From a virus (taxonomy: Duplodnaviria > Heunggongvirae > Uroviricota > Caudoviricetes): DNA of 64,000 bases. The stretch covers positions 37,644-101,643 of IMG/VR virus record IMGVR_UViG_3300036944_000513, one strand, 5' to 3'. The position numbers and the translations under genes were made by a program. Of this stretch, positions 63,580 to 64,000 are shown piece after piece. Position 1 is the first letter of the stretch. Each line of letters opens with the position of its first letter. A model generated the notes under the pieces. That model did not search any database, had not been told where the DNA came from, and saw only the letters and a program-made list of their open reading frames with translations.

Positions 63580-63932
63580 TGGCAGAAAAAACAGCAGAAT
63601 CAGCACACGAAAAAGGTGCATTTATAGAGAAATTATTATTTGCTCTATTACCATTGTTAGTAGGATCAGTTGGATATTTAATATCTGCACTGGGCGCATT
63701 ACAGCACGATGTAACTATTCTAAATCAAAAAGTAAGTCTTGTTGTCACAACAGATAACAAACAAGCTAGTAACACTGGTGCAGAACTTGCACGTGAAAAA
63801 TTACGTCAAGATTTAGAAAAAGAAATCCAAAAGAACCGCGATATGATTGGTGAAAATCGTCAGCACATTGCTATTTTAGAGGAAAAAATAGGTGCTTCGA
63901 AAAAAATAGGATCAATATCTAGTAAGGATTGA
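63579..63932 (+). CDS. membrane-anchored coiled-coil protein
   Basis: TM segment LLFALLPLLVGSVGYLISALGAL followed by coiled-coil sequence; TAATG overlap. Confidence 0.45.
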   Translation: MAEKTAESAHEKGAFIEKLLFALLPLLVGSVGYLISALGALQHDVTILNQKVSLVVTTDNKQASNTGAELAREKLRQDLEKEIQKNRDMIGENRQHIAILEEKIGASKKIGSISSKD

Positions 63933-63934
63933 GA

Positions 63935-64000
63935 ATGACAGAAGAAAAATTATCACGCAGCGAACGTGAAGCAAAGATCAAAGATAAAGCGGGATGGGTA
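63935..64000 (+). CDS. hypothetical protein (5' fragment, runs off the window end)
   Basis: ATG with an AAGGA SD; the frame stays open to the end of the window. Confidence 0.35.
   Translation, partial: MTEEKLSRSEREAKIKDKAGWV

Overview
This window is a 64-kb segment of a low-GC, T4-like (Tevenvirinae-type) myophage genome. It is coded almost entirely on the minus strand.

The left ~37 kb is a hyperplastic early region. It holds dozens of small ORFs separated by at least 14 copies of a conserved ~90-bp intergenic cassette. Each cassette has an inverted-repeat box at the upstream gene's stop codon, a hairpin, a TAYAAT -10 and a conserved leader ending in ACTTCAAA-ATG. This resembles the promoter-early-stem-loop (PeSL) cassettes described for T4-type phages. 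The same region also contains:
- an expanded family of 11 small paralogous proteins (N-terminal MNERIKELAEQAG, central KFAELIVKEC, C-terminal HFGVEE);
- an 11-bp-periodic iteron array with a strongly over-represented palindrome, TTCTACGTAGAA;
- an RNA-repair-like module (P-loop kinase, metallophosphoesterase, Rnl1-like RNA ligase, macro domain), plus a second, Rnl2-like ligase further along;
- an HD-domain (p)ppGpp-hydrolase-like gene;
- an SPFH/NfeD pair, a SleB-like secreted cell-wall hydrolase, a Lar-like anti-restriction protein and an endonuclease VII homolog;
- several homing endonucleases (GIY-YIG and HNH-AP2).

The right ~27 kb is the conserved T4 replication module: gp41 helicase, a small ORF, UvsX, gp43 DNA polymerase, RegA, gp62, gp44 and gp45. 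It is interrupted by insertions:
- a secreted SNase-like nuclease between uvsX and gene 43;
- between gene 43 and regA: an SDR epimerase/reductase, a thioredoxin, a GDPD, a HAD-phosphatase/nucleotidyltransferase fusion, a small heat-shock protein and a GIY-YIG endonuclease;
- downstream of gene 45: a six-gene nucleotide-sugar/glycosyltransferase cluster ending in a DegT/DdhC-like PLP enzyme.

Two tRNA genes, Arg-UCU and Met-CAU, follow. After them comes a plus-strand block, headed by a TATAAATA late promoter, that encodes an FkbM-type methyltransferase, an LpxH-like UDP-sugar pyrophosphatase and a GT4 glycosyltransferase.

All start coordinates are approximate. The ORF track allows non-ATG starts, and several starts were moved to in-frame ATGs that have SD sequences or ATGA stop/start overlaps.
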